DNA of 64,000 nt from Nitrospirota bacterium (GTDB lineage Bacteria > Nitrospirota > UBA9217): contig CAVUCU010000001.1 of NCBI GenBank assembly GCA_963740085.1, positions 576,001-640,000 on the forward strand, read 5' to 3'. Positions 1 to 10,515 of the stretch are shown here, piece by piece. The position numbers and the translations under genes are program-made. Each line of letters starts with the position of its first letter. Within the stretch, counting starts at the first letter, position 1. Under the pieces are notes generated by a model. It did no database searches. It had not been told where the DNA came from and was given only the letters and a program-made list of their open reading frames with translations.

Positions 1-234
1 GGCGGAACCGATCGGCTTGCCAGGCGGTGACGGTGTCGGTCCGGTGTAGTACAGGATCTGGCCTTTGAGATCGAACGGCAGTTTCTCGCCCTTTTGGTGA
101 CCTTCCACCATATACTTGTGAGCCATGTCCCTCCCGGTATAGATCCCGCCCGTGATAAGCACGCGATCGCCGGCTTTCAGCTTCATGATGACGTCGTCGG
201 TCAAAGGTGGAGATATTTTTACAGGACTGGTCAT
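1..234 (-). CDS. Fe-S fumarate hydratase/tartrate dehydratase beta subunit (5' part; runs off window)
   Basis: Manual translation from ATG at 234: MTSPVKISPPLTDDVIMKLKAGDRVLITGGIYTGRDMAHK...ILYYTGPTPSPPGKPIGSA. RBS AGGTGA; lies downstream of the alpha subunit. Confidence 0.9.
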   Translation of the reverse strand, partial: MTSPVKISPPLTDDVIMKLKAGDRVLITGGIYTGRDMAHKYMVEGHQKGEKLPFDLKGQILYYTGPTPSPPGKPIGSA

Positions 235-262
235 TGTTCACCTTATATTGATGATAAGCACC

Positions 263-332
263 AAATCCCAAGGAACAAATTACAAACAAGGACTCAATTT
301 ATTTGAAATTTGGGATTTGTCACTTGAAATTT
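263..332. repeat. inverted pair of heptamer arrays (AAATNNC type)
   Basis: AAATCCC AAGGAAC AAATTAC ... GAAATTT GGGATTT GTCACTT GAAATTT. Confidence 0.65.
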
Positions 333-355
333 TCAGCTCACGCCTTCTAACAAAT

Positions 356-1195
356 CTATAAAATGATCGTCTTATGCCGCGCAGCATGGCAATTCATGTT
401 CACCGCGACCGGCAGACTCGCGATATGGCAGGGGAAGCTTTCGATATGAACTGCCATGGCCGTAACCTTGCCGCCGAAGCCTTCCGGACCGATCCCCGTC
501 TTGTTCACGGCCTTGAGCAACGTTTCTTCCAGTCTTGCAAGTTCAAGTTTTGGATTCGGGCTGCCGACGGACCGAAGAAGCGATTTTTTCGCGAGCAGCG
601 CGGCCTTCTCGAAACTTCCTCCGATGCCCACTCCGATCACCACCGGCGGACAGGGATTTGCCCCGGCTTTTTGCACGCATTCCAGCACAAAGTTCCTGAT
701 GCCCTCCACTCCCTCGGTGGGCCGCAGCATCCGGATCGCACTCATGTTCTCGCTTCCCGCGCCTTTGGGCATGAACGAGATCTTGAGCTTGTCGCCGGGT
801 ACAAGCTCAGTGTAGATGATCGCAGGCGTGTTGTCCCCGGTGTTCTTACGCGTGAGCGGATCGACCACGGACTTCCGGAGATAACCTTCCTTATACCCCT
901 TGCGCACACCCTCGTTGACCGCATCGACAATGAAGCCGTTCTTGATCCTGAGGTCCTGCCCGATCTCAACAAAGAAGACGGCAATGCCCGTGTCCTGGCA
1001 GATCGGGATGTGCTCTTCTTTCGCAATGCGGGCGTTCTCCTTCAGGAGTTCAATGATCTCTTTGGCGCCGGGAGCGGTCTCGGTCTCGATCGCCCGGTCA
1101 AAGGCGGTGATCACGTCCTCGCTCAGGTTATACGCCGCGTCGAGGCAGATCTGTGCGATATTGTCCCTGATCTCGTCTACATGAATTTCGCGCAT
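356..1195 (-). CDS. Fe-S fumarate hydratase class I, alpha subunit
   Basis: [38 protein letters not shown] motifs. Confidence 0.92.
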   Translation of the reverse strand: MREIHVDEIRDNIAQICLDAAYNLSEDVITAFDRAIETETAPGAKEIIELLKENARIAKEEHIPICQDTGIAVFFVEIGQDLRIKNGFIVDAVNEGVRKGYKEGYLRKSVVDPLTRKNTGDNTPAIIYTELVPGDKLKISFMPKGAGSENMSAIRMLRPTEGVEGIRNFVLECVQKAGANPCPPVVIGVGIGGSFEKAALLAKKSLLRSVGSPNPKLELARLEETLLKAVNKTGIGPEGFGGKVTAMAVHIESFPCHIASLPVAVNMNCHAARHKTIIL

Positions 1196-2100
1196 CCCTG
1201 CCTCACCGCATCCACGGACCTCATGAACGCCGCCTTTTCATCGGAACTCAGTTTGATCTCCACCACCTGCTCCATGCCCTTTTCGCCGAGCTTTACCGGC
1301 ACACCGGAATAGATCCCCTTCACACCGTACTCACCGTCGAGGTACGCGGAACAAGGCAGGATCTTCTTCTTGTCCAGCAGCACTGCCTCGACCATTTCGA
1401 GCGCGGCCGCGGAAGGCGCATAATAGGCGCTTCCGGTCTTGAGCAGGGCGACGATCTCGGCCCCGCCGTTCCGCGTGCGGTCCACGAGCTTGTCGATCGT
1501 CTCTTTGCTCATCAGTTCCGTGATCGGGATGCCTGCTACGGTCGAATAACGCGGCAGCGGCACCATGGTGTCGCCGTGCCCGCCGAGCACAAAGGCATGG
1601 GTGTTCTCCACGGACACGCCGAGTTCCATGGCAATGAAGGTGCGGAACCTCGCCGAATCAAGCACCCCTCCCATGCCGACCACCCGCTCCCGGGGGAAGC
1701 CACAGGCCTTCATGGCAACATACGCCATCACATCCATGGGGTTCGTGACCACGATCATGAACGCCCCGGGTGAACGCTTGCCGGTTTCCACTGCCACTTT
1801 TTTAACGATTTCACCATTCGCGGCGAGGAGATCGTCGCGGCTCATCCCCGGCTTGCGTGCCAGCCCTGCGGTGATCACGATGATGTCCGACCCCGCGGTC
1901 TCGTCATAGCTGTTCGTACCGGTCACCCGGGAATCGTACCCCATCACCGGTCCCGCTTCCAGGAGATCGAGCCCCTTGCCCTGCGGCACGCCCTCGACCA
2001 CATCCATCATCACCACGTCCGCGAACCCGGACTCCGCGATCCGCTGCACCAGGGTCGCGCCCACATGACCCGCACCGACAACAGTCACTTTCTTCCGCAA
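1177..2100 (-). CDS. mdh: malate dehydrogenase (LDH-like)
   Basis: GAGHVG Rossmann fold, [27 protein letters not shown]; TTG start with GGAGG RBS. Confidence 0.95.
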   Translation of the reverse strand: MRKKVTVVGAGHVGATLVQRIAESGFADVVMMDVVEGVPQGKGLDLLEAGPVMGYDSRVTGTNSYDETAGSDIIVITAGLARKPGMSRDDLLAANGEIVKKVAVETGKRSPGAFMIVVTNPMDVMAYVAMKACGFPRERVVGMGGVLDSARFRTFIAMELGVSVENTHAFVLGGHGDTMVPLPRYSTVAGIPITELMSKETIDKLVDRTRNGGAEIVALLKTGSAYYAPSAAALEMVEAVLLDKKKILPCSAYLDGEYGVKGIYSGVPVKLGEKGMEQVVEIKLSSDEKAAFMRSVDAVRQGCAKFM

Positions 2101-2128
2101 AATACACCTCCAAGGTAGGTCAATCTCT

Positions 2129-2244
2129 AAATCCGAATATCGAAATCCTAAGCAACCTCAAATTTCTGAATTTCAAAGAATTTTTAATTTATTACTTTGA
2201 ACATTCACGCTTGTTTAGGATTTAGAAATTAGAATTTCGTGTTT
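2129..2244. repeat. inverted pair of heptamer arrays (AAATCCG type)
   Basis: AAATCCG AATATCG AAATCCT AAGCAA ... TTGTTT AGGATTT AGAAATT AGAATTT CGTGTTT. Confidence 0.7.
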
Positions 2245-2250
2245 GCTTCA

Positions 2251-3528
2251 TCACAGCTTCGATATCTTCACCTTGCTGATCTTCCTGCCTTCCAGCTCAA
2301 TGACCTCCAGCTTGAGATCCCGGTATCTGAGTTGCTCGCCCACCTTCGGCATCCTGCCGAAAAGCCCGAACACGAACCCGCCGAGTGTGTTGAATTCCGT
2401 TGACTGGAGGCTGGTGTCGAGCATCTCATTCACTTCATCAAGCGCCGACTGGCCAGAGACCACGAAATTTTTCTCGTCCACGATCTGAACATCCTTATCC
2501 CCGGCCTCAAGCTCGTCGTGGATGCTGCCGACGATCTCCTCGATCAGGTCTTCAAGCGTCACCAGACCAGCGGTACCGCCGTATTCGTCGATGACAATGG
2601 CGATCTGGAATCGTTCCCGCTGCATCTCAGACAGGAGTTCGCTTACCCGTTTGTTCTCGGGGATGAAGTAGGCGGGCCTGATGAACCGCAGAATGCCGTC
2701 CTCGCGCTTCACTTCACCCGACGCCATGGCCACAAGGATGTCCTTGATATACAGGATGCCGATCACCGTGTCGACCGTGTCCTCGATCACGGGGTACCGG
2801 GAATAGCCGAACTCCGACACCAGGGTCAGGACCTCCTGCAGGGTCACGCTCGACGGCACGCTCACGATCTCGGTCCTCGGCCGCATAGCCTCTGATGACA
2901 CGGTATCACCGAACTCAAATACCTTATGGAGCAGTTCTTTCTCCTCTTCCTTGAGCGAGCCACTGTCCTCTCCAAGATTGATCAGGGCCTTGATATCCTC
3001 TTCCGTGACCACCGCAGTGCAGGACATGCCCTGCGGTCCCGGCCCGGCGATAAGGTCCGCCATAGCCGCAAGCGACCGGGACAGCGGCGACAGAAGCTTC
3101 ATTACCAGCTGAAGAGGCGCGGAGACAATAAGGGCAAAACGGTCGGGATTCCTGCAGGCTACCCCTTTTGGGGCAAGTTTGGCAAAGATCACGATGGCAA
3201 GAGTTACGGCAAGGACGGTGACTGCCACTGCCAGCGGCATCTGCGGGATCAGTTTTACAATAGTGACCATGCCAAGAACCGCGGTAAGAACGATGAAGAA
3301 ATTCTCGGCCAGCAAAAGCGTGGAGTGAAGACGATCACGCTCCTGCATCAGAAGAATGACCCTCCCTGCCCGCCTATCACCCGATTCTGACAACGCCCGG
3401 ATATGAGCCTTGTTGGAGAACACGATAGCGGTTTCCGCGGCCGCAAAAAAGGACGCGAACAGAACGCCCGCACCTGCGCCGACAATCAGCGGCCAGGAGT
3501 CCGATATGAAGGAGCTAAAGGTGTCCAT
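2251..3528 (-). CDS. HlyC/CorC (CNNM-CBS) family Mg/Co transporter-associated protein
   Basis: N-terminal TM FAAAETA, CBS pair (YSRYPV, VIDEYGGTAGLVTLEDLIEEIVG), CorC C-terminal domain. Confidence 0.9.
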   Translation of the reverse strand: MDTFSSFISDSWPLIVGAGAGVLFASFFAAAETAIVFSNKAHIRALSESGDRRAGRVILLMQERDRLHSTLLLAENFFIVLTAVLGMVTIVKLIPQMPLAVAVTVLAVTLAIVIFAKLAPKGVACRNPDRFALIVSAPLQLVMKLLSPLSRSLAAMADLIAGPGPQGMSCTAVVTEEDIKALINLGEDSGSLKEEEKELLHKVFEFGDTVSSEAMRPRTEIVSVPSSVTLQEVLTLVSEFGYSRYPVIEDTVDTVIGILYIKDILVAMASGEVKREDGILRFIRPAYFIPENKRVSELLSEMQRERFQIAIVIDEYGGTAGLVTLEDLIEEIVGSIHDELEAGDKDVQIVDEKNFVVSGQSALDEVNEMLDTSLQSTEFNTLGGFVFGLFGRMPKVGEQLRYRDLKLEVIELEGRKISKVKISKL

Positions 3529-3534
3529 GTGTCG

Positions 3535-3599
3535 ATTGCAGATTGTAGATCGCGGAATGCGGATTTAAAATCTCAAATCTAAAATCCGAAATCCGCAAT
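3535..3599. repeat. inverted pair of heptamer arrays
   Basis: GATTGCA GATTGTA GATCGCG GAATGCG GATT ... AATCTCA AATCTAA AATCCGA AATCCGC AAT. Confidence 0.7.
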
Positions 3600-3605
3600 G
3601 TACGT

Positions 3606-5402
3606 TCACATCTTCTCCCCCGTTACCCTGATGACCTCATCGAAGGTCGTCTCGCCCTTCAGCATTTTCAGGACCGCGGCCTCGCGCAGTCCGACCATGC
3701 CGTCCGCAACCGCCGCCTTCCGGATGATCTCCGCATCGGACTTGTCGTGTATAATGGCCCTGATCCCGTCGTTCATTTCCATGACCTCGAAGATGGCGGT
3801 GCGCCCCAGGTAGCCGGTGCCGCGGCACTTGGGGCATCCCTCACCATACTTTACGACGACCTTCCGGTCCTTGCTCGATGCGAGTCCCACGGTCTGCGCC
3901 TCTTCGGGCAGCAGTTCATAGGACTTTTCGCACTGTTTACAGATCTTTCTTACCAGCCGTTGGCCCATCACGCCGATGATCGTTGAAGAGAGAAGGTATG
4001 ATGGCACCCCCAGGTCCATAAGCCTGGTAATCGTGCTCGGGGCATCGTTCGTGTGGAGCGTGGAAAAGACAAGATGGCCGGTGAGAGCGGCCTGGACCGC
4101 GTTCTCCGCCGTTTCGAGGTCTCTGATCTCGCCGATCATGATGACATCCGGGTCCTGGCGCAGGATCGTCTTAAGCGTGCTGCCGAAGGTAATGCCGATA
4201 GCCGGCTGGATGCTCACCTGGTTGAACTTGTCATGGACCATTTCAACGGGGTCCTCGATGGTCACCACGTTCACCTCGGGCGTGGCAACGGACTTGAGGG
4301 CTGAATAGAGCGTCGTGGTCTTGCCGCTGCCTGTGGGACCGGTAACGAGGATAATGCCGTTCGGCCGCGTAATAAAGGAACGAAACAGCTCGTATTCCCG
4401 GGGCGAGAAACCTATCTCCTCGAGGTCTTGAAGCAGGATGTCGGGATCAAAGATCCTGATCACCACCTTCTCGCCGAAGGCGGTCGGCATGGTGGACACG
4501 CGGAGCTCGACCTCGCGGGACTTGTATTCGGTCTTGATCCTGCCGTCCTGGGGACGCCGCTTCTCGGCTATATCCATGCGCGAGAGCATCTTGATTCTCG
4601 ATACGAACGCGGAATGCACGGCCTTGGGAGTTCGGTGAATAGTGACGAGCATCCCGTCTATCCGGAGCCGTACCTCGCTGGCGTCACGCTTGGGCTCGAT
4701 ATGGATGTCGCTCGCCCGCTGGTCGAAGGCATAGCGAAACAGGAACTCCACGGCGTTCACGATGTGTTTGTCCGTGGCTTCGATCTCGGACACGGACTTC
4801 ATCTTCACGAATTGCTCGAGATTGCCGAGGTCGACCTCCGCCGTCATCTCCCTGGCTGCGGCGGTCACGGACGACCGGAACCCGTAGAATTCCGTGATGA
4901 TCTTGAGAATGTCCGTCTGCGGACAAACGATGCGCTTGACCTTATATCCCATCCGCTCGACGTTCTCAACAACTTCTATATTATAGGGGTCCGCCACGGC
5001 AAGCGTAAGCGTATCGTTTTCCCGTTCGATCGGGACGGAGATGCATCGCCGCGCGAAGGCCCGCGAGAGGATTTGCGTAACGATCTCCGGATTCAGCTTG
5101 AGTGGGTCGATCTTCTTGAACGGCAAGCCTGCATGCTGCGCTACCACCTCGCTGATGATATCCTCGGTCAGGACCTGGCCCGGCGCTCCGGGCATTTCTA
5201 AATTAAGTGAGGCGGCAACCTCGATGGACGAAACCTCGTCCTCAAGACGCATCCTGCCCCGATGCAGGGTCTCGCCACGGGACTTGAGTGCCTTCATTCG
5301 CTGGACGTCCTGCTTTATCTTGATCTCGCGGGCCTGTTCAGAGCTCAGTTTCCCCGATTTTACCAGGATCTCGCCCAGTAAATCCGTCGTTAATTTTGTC
5401 AT
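3606..5402 (-). CDS. GspE/PilB family secretion/pilus assembly ATPase
   Basis: ASDIHIEP, PQDGR, Walker A GPTGSGKT, RQDPDVIMIGEIRD, TGHLVFSTLH, CxxC...CxxC zinc site. Confidence 0.92.
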   Translation of the reverse strand: MTKLTTDLLGEILVKSGKLSSEQAREIKIKQDVQRMKALKSRGETLHRGRMRLEDEVSSIEVAASLNLEMPGAPGQVLTEDIISEVVAQHAGLPFKKIDPLKLNPEIVTQILSRAFARRCISVPIERENDTLTLAVADPYNIEVVENVERMGYKVKRIVCPQTDILKIITEFYGFRSSVTAAAREMTAEVDLGNLEQFVKMKSVSEIEATDKHIVNAVEFLFRYAFDQRASDIHIEPKRDASEVRLRIDGMLVTIHRTPKAVHSAFVSRIKMLSRMDIAEKRRPQDGRIKTEYKSREVELRVSTMPTAFGEKVVIRIFDPDILLQDLEEIGFSPREYELFRSFITRPNGIILVTGPTGSGKTTTLYSALKSVATPEVNVVTIEDPVEMVHDKFNQVSIQPAIGITFGSTLKTILRQDPDVIMIGEIRDLETAENAVQAALTGHLVFSTLHTNDAPSTITRLMDLGVPSYLLSSTIIGVMGQRLVRKICKQCEKSYELLPEEAQTVGLASSKDRKVVVKYGEGCPKCRGTGYLGRTAIFEVMEMNDGIRAIIHDKSDAEIIRKAAVADGMVGLREAAVLKMLKGETTFDEVIRVTGEKM

Positions 5403-5435
5403 GGTGTTTCCGTATGACTCCGCACTTTCAAAATA

Positions 5436-5463
5436 TAAAAGGCCCCCGCAGAACGGGGGCCGT
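5436..5463 (-). terminator. intrinsic terminator
   Basis: GGCCCCCG-ttctg-CGGGGGCC hairpin followed by TTTT on the minus strand. Confidence 0.7.
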
Positions 5464-5494
5464 GCTTACAATACAAGGTTGAGCGCATACGGGG

Positions 5495-5692
5495 CTATTT
5501 CTTCGCCGGTTTTGAAGGGGCCGGTGCAGGCATCGGAGCAGACGCCGGTGCCGGAGCAGGCGCCGGAGCAGGCGCCGGTGTCACGACGGGCTGCGCAGGA
5601 GGAGGTGAAGCAGCCTGTTTCTTCTCACAACCGAAAAAAGCAACAGTAGCAATGATGACCAGGACCAGAATGGTTACAAAATACCTTTTCAC
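5495..5692 (-). CDS. small Pro/Ala-rich lipoprotein
   Basis: GTG start after AGGAGGT; hydrophobic signal ending FFGC; (PA)n tail. Confidence 0.65.
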   Translation of the reverse strand: MKRYFVTILVLVIIATVAFFGCEKKQAASPPPAQPVVTPAPAPAPAPAPASAPMPAPAPSKPAKK

Positions 5693-5769
5693 GAAGTAAT
5701 ACCTCCTTCTTGAGTTTAGATCGCACCGCAATAAACGGAAGCGTGTATTTGACAAAGGCTGCAGGGTGA

Positions 5770-5997
5770 TCAGATGATCCGGGTGGCAATCGAGCGCGTC
5801 ACCGTCAGTTCCCGGACTTTCTGTCCGAGCTTTTCTTCAAGGACCTTTTGCTGCTCTTCGCTGAGGCTCAGTCGGAAGACCCGGAGCTTATTCAAGGAAC
5901 GCTTGGTAAGGTAGATCTCGTGCAGCTCAAATCCGATCTGTTTTTTAATATCTGAACGCTGCTGCGGTGACAATTCAAGTAAGACAGTCTCTTCCAT
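5770..5997 (-). CDS. hypothetical 75-aa protein with internal duplication
   Basis: GGAGGG RBS; two copies of LxLSxxQxxxIxxxxGxxxxEIxxT. Confidence 0.6.
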   Translation of the reverse strand: MEETVLLELSPQQRSDIKKQIGFELHEIYLTKRSLNKLRVFRLSLSEEQQKVLEEKLGQKVRELTVTRSIATRII

Positions 5998-6196
5998 CGA
6001 GCGAACCCTCCATCAGATTTGATTATAGGCACTTTAATTCGGAATTTCAAGTTTTTTTTGAGGTTGCTTTTTTCGATTGCTGTTTAACAACTATTACCTG
6101 TTCCACGATGAATAACATGGGATAAGGTTTAGGGCCTGGAATACCACGTGAAATCGACAAGGAGCAAGCTCTTTACTCTGTGCGGCTGCCGAATAC

Positions 6197-7894
6197 TTAC
6201 GTTTCCAGAATAAGCTTCTTCGCTACCGTCTCCACCGCCTTTTCGATCTTCACCTTCTCGACCTGCCCGGTCTTCCGCTCTTTCAGTTCCACGAGCCCAT
6301 CCTTGAGATTCTTCTCGCCGATGATGATCCGATGGGGGATGCCGATAAGGTCCGCGTCCTTGAACTTGACTCCGGCACGTTCGTCGCGATCGTCCATCAG
6401 GACCTCAAAGCCCATTTTTTCCAGGGCCGCGTACAGCTCTTCCGCAACATCCATGGATTTCGCGTCTTTCGAGTTCACCGGGATAATAAGGAGCTGGTAC
6501 GGCGCTATCGCAGGCGGCCAGATGATTCCGTTCTCATCGTTCCCCTGCTCGACCGCCGCGGCTGCGATGCGCGCCGGGCCGATTCCGTAGCTGCCCATGA
6601 CTATCGGCTTCTCCGCGCCGCTCTCGTCCAGATAGTTCGCCTTCAGCGGCACCGAGTACCTCGTTCCAAGCTTGAAGATATTTCCGATCTCTATCACCCG
6701 CTCGATGCGGAGGGGTTTGCCGCACTGCACGCAGGCATCTCCCGCCGCAGCAACGTGAATATCGGCAAACTCTGCATCGCTGAAGTGTTTGTCGGCACTG
6801 ACCCCTTTTACGTGATACCCTTCTTTGTTCGCCCCTGCTACGTAGAGGCCCTGCTTGAGCGTGGGGTCCGCTATTTTTCTTATTGTGGCCGCATGGTCCA
6901 TCGGTCCTATAAAGCCTGCCGGGACACCGAGCGCGGCCTTCACTTCGTCCTTCTGCGCAGGCTTGTAAGGTCCAATGAGCTTCGTAAGCTTCTTCTCATG
7001 CAAAGTCTGGTCCCCGCGTACCAGGGCAAGCACGGGTCCCTTATCGCTCATGAGGAGAAGGGACTTGATGAAAAGGTTCGGCGTCAGTTTCAGAAATCCT
7101 GTCACCTCCTGGATGGTACGTTTCTCCGGTGTCGCCACTTCTTCAATCTGCCACGCGGGGAACGGCGGCGACAGAGGGGCCGATTCCGCAAGCTCCACAT
7201 TCGCCGCATATCCGCAGCCGTCACAGAGCGCCACCTCGTCCTCGCCGGCCGGAGACGGCGCCATGAACTCATGCGCGCCCGTGCCGCCCATCATGCCCAT
7301 ATCGCTCTGCACCACGGCGAATTTCAACCCGCAGCGGCTGTAGATCTTCTTATATGCTTCGAGATGAACATCGTAGGATCTGTCGAGTCCCGCCTCGTCC
7401 CGATCGAAGCTGTAGGAATCCTTCATGATGAACTCGCGCGTGCGCAGGATGCCGCTCTTGGGACGGGCCTCATCGCGCAGTTTGGTCTGGAACTGATACC
7501 AGATCTGCGGCAGGTCGCGGTACGACCGCAGGTCGTGCGCCGCGAGCCAGGTCATGACCTCCTCGTGCGTCATGGCAAGGCACATGTCGCGGCCGCCGCG
7601 GTCCTTCAGCCGGAACATCTCGTCGCCGATGGTGTCCCACCGTCCGGTCTGCTGCCATATCTCTGCCGGGTGCAGCACCGGCATGGTCACTTCCTGGCCG
7701 CCGATGGCGTTCATCTCCTCCCGGATGATCCGATCTATCTTGTCCATCACCCGCTGGCCGAGAGGGAGATAGATATAGAGTCCGGCAGCCAGCTGCCGCA
7801 CGAATCCCCCGCGCACCATGAGTTTGTGCGAGACAGCCTCGGCCTCGGCCGGAGCCTCTTTTAATGTTGGGACGAATAAACGGGAATAACGCAT
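6197..7894 (-). CDS. proS: proline--tRNA ligase
   Basis: Start MRYSRLF with GGAGG RBS; LRDEARP..REFIMKD, editing insertion, IEIGNIFKLG, GSYGIG, KFKDADLIG. Confidence 0.96.
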   Translation of the reverse strand: MRYSRLFVPTLKEAPAEAEAVSHKLMVRGGFVRQLAAGLYIYLPLGQRVMDKIDRIIREEMNAIGGQEVTMPVLHPAEIWQQTGRWDTIGDEMFRLKDRGGRDMCLAMTHEEVMTWLAAHDLRSYRDLPQIWYQFQTKLRDEARPKSGILRTREFIMKDSYSFDRDEAGLDRSYDVHLEAYKKIYSRCGLKFAVVQSDMGMMGGTGAHEFMAPSPAGEDEVALCDGCGYAANVELAESAPLSPPFPAWQIEEVATPEKRTIQEVTGFLKLTPNLFIKSLLLMSDKGPVLALVRGDQTLHEKKLTKLIGPYKPAQKDEVKAALGVPAGFIGPMDHAATIRKIADPTLKQGLYVAGANKEGYHVKGVSADKHFSDAEFADIHVAAAGDACVQCGKPLRIERVIEIGNIFKLGTRYSVPLKANYLDESGAEKPIVMGSYGIGPARIAAAAVEQGNDENGIIWPPAIAPYQLLIIPVNSKDAKSMDVAEELYAALEKMGFEVLMDDRDERAGVKFKDADLIGIPHRIIIGEKNLKDGLVELKERKTGQVEKVKIEKAVETVAKKLILET

Positions 7895-7907
7895 GGAACC
7901 TCCATAA

Positions 7908-7985
7908 GACAGGAGACAGGAGACAGGAGTCAGGGGAAAAGCTCTACCTGCTCTCCTCTGGCTTCTGGCTCCCGGCTCCTGACTT
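7908..7985. repeat. inverted pair of heptamer arrays (CAGGAGN type)
   Basis: CAGGAGA CAGGAGA CAGGAGT CAGG ... CTCTGG CTTCTGG CTCCCGG CTCCTGA. Confidence 0.75.
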
Positions 7986-9053
7986 CTTCTCATCAGCTAG
8001 TTTTTCAACCTCACCTACAAGCACATCCGCCAGGTCCTTCTCGTCGAATTTCTTTGAGATCTCGCCGCGTTTGAAGAGCAGTCCGACACCCTTGCCGCCG
8101 GCAATGCCAACGTCTGCCTCTCGCGCCTCGCCGGGTCCGTTCACCACACACCCCATGACCGCTACCGTGATCGGCGTCTTGATATGCGCCAGTCTCTTTT
8201 CTACTTCCTGTGCAAGACCGATGATGTTGATCTCGGTCCTTCCGCAGGTGGGACAGGAAATGATATTCACCCCGCGTTGGCGGATCTTGAGCGACGCCAA
8301 TATCCCGTAAGCAGCGCGTACTTCCTCAACCGGGTCAGCGGTGAGAGAAACACGCATGGTATCACCAATGCCCTCCGCCAGCAGGATGCCGAGTCCGACG
8401 CTCGATTTGATCGTGCCTGAGAAAAGCGTTCCCGCCTCCGAGATGCCGATGTGCAGCGGATAATCCGACTTTATCGAGAACAGCCGGTAGGACGCAACCG
8501 TAGTCATCACATCCGAGGCCTTGAGCGAAACCTTGAGATTGGCGAAGTTCAGGTCTTCGAGGATGCGGATGTGACCAAAGGCGCTCTCAACGATCGCCTC
8601 GGGAGTGGGGTGCCGGTACTTTTCGAGCAAATGCCTTTCAAGGGACCCCGCGTTCACCCCGATGCGAATCGGGATGCCTTTGTCCTTGCAGGCCCGCACT
8701 ACCTCGGAAACCTTGTCCTTTCCGCCGATGTTGCCGGGATTGATCCGGAGCCCGTCCACGCCCTGTTTAACGGACTCAAGCGCCAGACGGTGGTCAAAGT
8801 GGATGTCGGCGATGAGCGGAAGCCTCGTGCCCTTTCTGATCACACCGAGTGCCCTCGCGGCTTCTTCATCCGGCACGGCGAGCCGTACGATCTCGCACCC
8901 GGCCTGTTCCAGGCGGCTGATCTGATCGAGCGTCTTGGCGGTGTCACGCGTGTCCGTGTTGCACATGGATTGAACAGCGACCGGTGCGTTGTTGCCGATC
9001 GTGACGGACCCGAGGGTGATCTGTTTGGTCTTTTTTCTAATGATACGTTCCAC
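7944..9053 (-). CDS. ispG: HMBPP synthase
   Basis: VQSM, IADIHF, RINPGNI, RIGVNAGSL, SCPTCGR, MGCVVNGPGEA; GTG start at 9053 is approximate. Confidence 0.95.
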   Translation of the reverse strand: MERIIRKKTKQITLGSVTIGNNAPVAVQSMCNTDTRDTAKTLDQISRLEQAGCEIVRLAVPDEEAARALGVIRKGTRLPLIADIHFDHRLALESVKQGVDGLRINPGNIGGKDKVSEVVRACKDKGIPIRIGVNAGSLERHLLEKYRHPTPEAIVESAFGHIRILEDLNFANLKVSLKASDVMTTVASYRLFSIKSDYPLHIGISEAGTLFSGTIKSSVGLGILLAEGIGDTMRVSLTADPVEEVRAAYGILASLKIRQRGVNIISCPTCGRTEINIIGLAQEVEKRLAHIKTPITVAVMGCVVNGPGEAREADVGIAGGKGVGLLFKRGEISKKFDEKDLADVLVGEVEKLADEKKSGAGSQKPEESR

Positions 9054-9085
9054 GATGAACAGATACCTGATAAGCAAAAGAATTT

Positions 9086-9162
9086 ACCGCGAAGGCGCCA
9101 AGAGTGCAAGGGAACCTCAATTTCAGGCATTAATCCTTCGCGTTCTTCGCGTCCTCGCGGTT
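9086..9162. repeat. inverted pair of nonamer arrays
   Basis: ACCGCGAAGGCGCCAAGAGTGCAAG ... CTTCGCGTTCTTCGCGTCCTCGCGGT. Confidence 0.7.
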
Positions 9163-9182
9163 CAAGGTTTTCTGCTTTACTT

Positions 9183-10466
9183 TTACTTGCTGAAGAACAT
9201 CCTCATGACATCGTTATACGACACCACGGCGATCAGGGTGATCAACAACCCGGCTCCTATGCTCTGCGAAACCTCCATCACCTTCCTGCTGAGCGGCTTT
9301 TTGCGGATCGCCTCGATCACGAGGAACAGGATCATTCCGCCGTCGAGCACCGGGATGGGCAGGAGGTTCAGCACTCCGAGCGAGATGCTGATCATGGCGA
9401 GGAGCGACAGGAACGCCGACAATCCGGCGGCCGCCGCCTGGCCCGACATCTGCGCGATCATCACCGGCCCTCCGAGCGTCTTGATCGAGAGGTCGAACGT
9501 AATAAGCTTCTTGAGCGTGATGAGCGTCAGGTCAACGGACTCGATGGTCTTGTCGAAACCGAGTCGCAGGGATTCGACAAATCCGTATTTCTTGAATACC
9601 AGCAGCGGGACCGGCTCAACGCCGATCACGTATCTGCCGCCGTCCTCTTTTGGGGTAACGATCTTCTCCAGGCGCTTGCCGTTCCGTTCGACCGTAAGCG
9701 TGAGCTTGTCCCCCTTGCTCTCGCGCACAAGCGTGGAGAACTGGTACCAGTTATAGATTGTCTTCCCGTCAACAGCGATGACCTTGTCGTTCACCATGAT
9801 CCCGGCCTGCTCAGCAGGGAATCCCGGCTTCAGTTTTCCTATCTCCGCCGAAATATCGGGGGCCAGACCGGACTTTCCGATCCTGAGCTCTGTCGCCAGG
9901 TCAGGCCGGAGCGTCAAGGTCTTTTTTTCACCCTGCCGCTCGACGATGACCGTTACGTCGGTATCGGGGTTCACCGCGATCAGGGTCAGCGCCTTGGTCC
10001 AGTCGCTGATGCTCCTGCCGTTGATCTCCTCGATCACGTCGCCGGCCATAAAACCGGCCCGCGCGGCAGATGAACCTGTCTCAACATAACCGACCTTGGC
10101 CGGGCCCTCGCTGTACGTCCCGACCATGAAGACGAACGGCATTATGATGAAAGCCAAGACGATGTTCGTAAGCGGTCCCGTTGCCGCTATCTTCGCGCGT
10201 TGCCACACGGTCTTGGACTGGAACTCGTCCGGAGCCCCCGTGGGTTCCTCGTCCGGGTTCTCTCCCGCCATCTTCACGTACCCGCCGAGCGGCAGCGCGG
10301 AGAGGACATACTCCGTATCACCCTTCTTGAAGCCGAAGAGCTTCGGACCCATGCCGAGCGAGAACTTCTCTACCCGTACACCTGCCCGTTTTGCCATGAG
10401 GAAGTGACCGAATTCGTGTACGAACACGAGAATTCCGATCACGACCAGAAAATATACGAATGTCAT
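9183..10466 (-). CDS. rseP: RIP metalloprotease with two PDZ domains
   Basis: HEFGH, LGGYVKM, NLLPIPVLDGG. Confidence 0.95.
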   Translation of the reverse strand: MTFVYFLVVIGILVFVHEFGHFLMAKRAGVRVEKFSLGMGPKLFGFKKGDTEYVLSALPLGGYVKMAGENPDEEPTGAPDEFQSKTVWQRAKIAATGPLTNIVLAFIIMPFVFMVGTYSEGPAKVGYVETGSSAARAGFMAGDVIEEINGRSISDWTKALTLIAVNPDTDVTVIVERQGEKKTLTLRPDLATELRIGKSGLAPDISAEIGKLKPGFPAEQAGIMVNDKVIAVDGKTIYNWYQFSTLVRESKGDKLTLTVERNGKRLEKIVTPKEDGGRYVIGVEPVPLLVFKKYGFVESLRLGFDKTIESVDLTLITLKKLITFDLSIKTLGGPVMIAQMSGQAAAAGLSAFLSLLAMISISLGVLNLLPIPVLDGGMILFLVIEAIRKKPLSRKVMEVSQSIGAGLLITLIAVVSYNDVMRMFFSK

Positions 10467-10515
10467 GCTGACTCCTCTTAAGACACAGATTTATAACATT
10501 ATAAAAAGCTCTCAG

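Noticed and set aside
5520-5580. Tandem GGCGCCGGAGCA repeats
   Set aside because: Explained by the Pro-Ala linker coding of the lipoprotein.
8451-10073. Long plus-strand ORFs antisense to real genes (also 6332..7864, 16513..17922, 57310..59073, and 61814..63214 on minus)
   Set aside because: Shadow ORFs typical of GC-rich codon bias; no recognisable motifs, and each overlaps a well-supported gene on the other strand.
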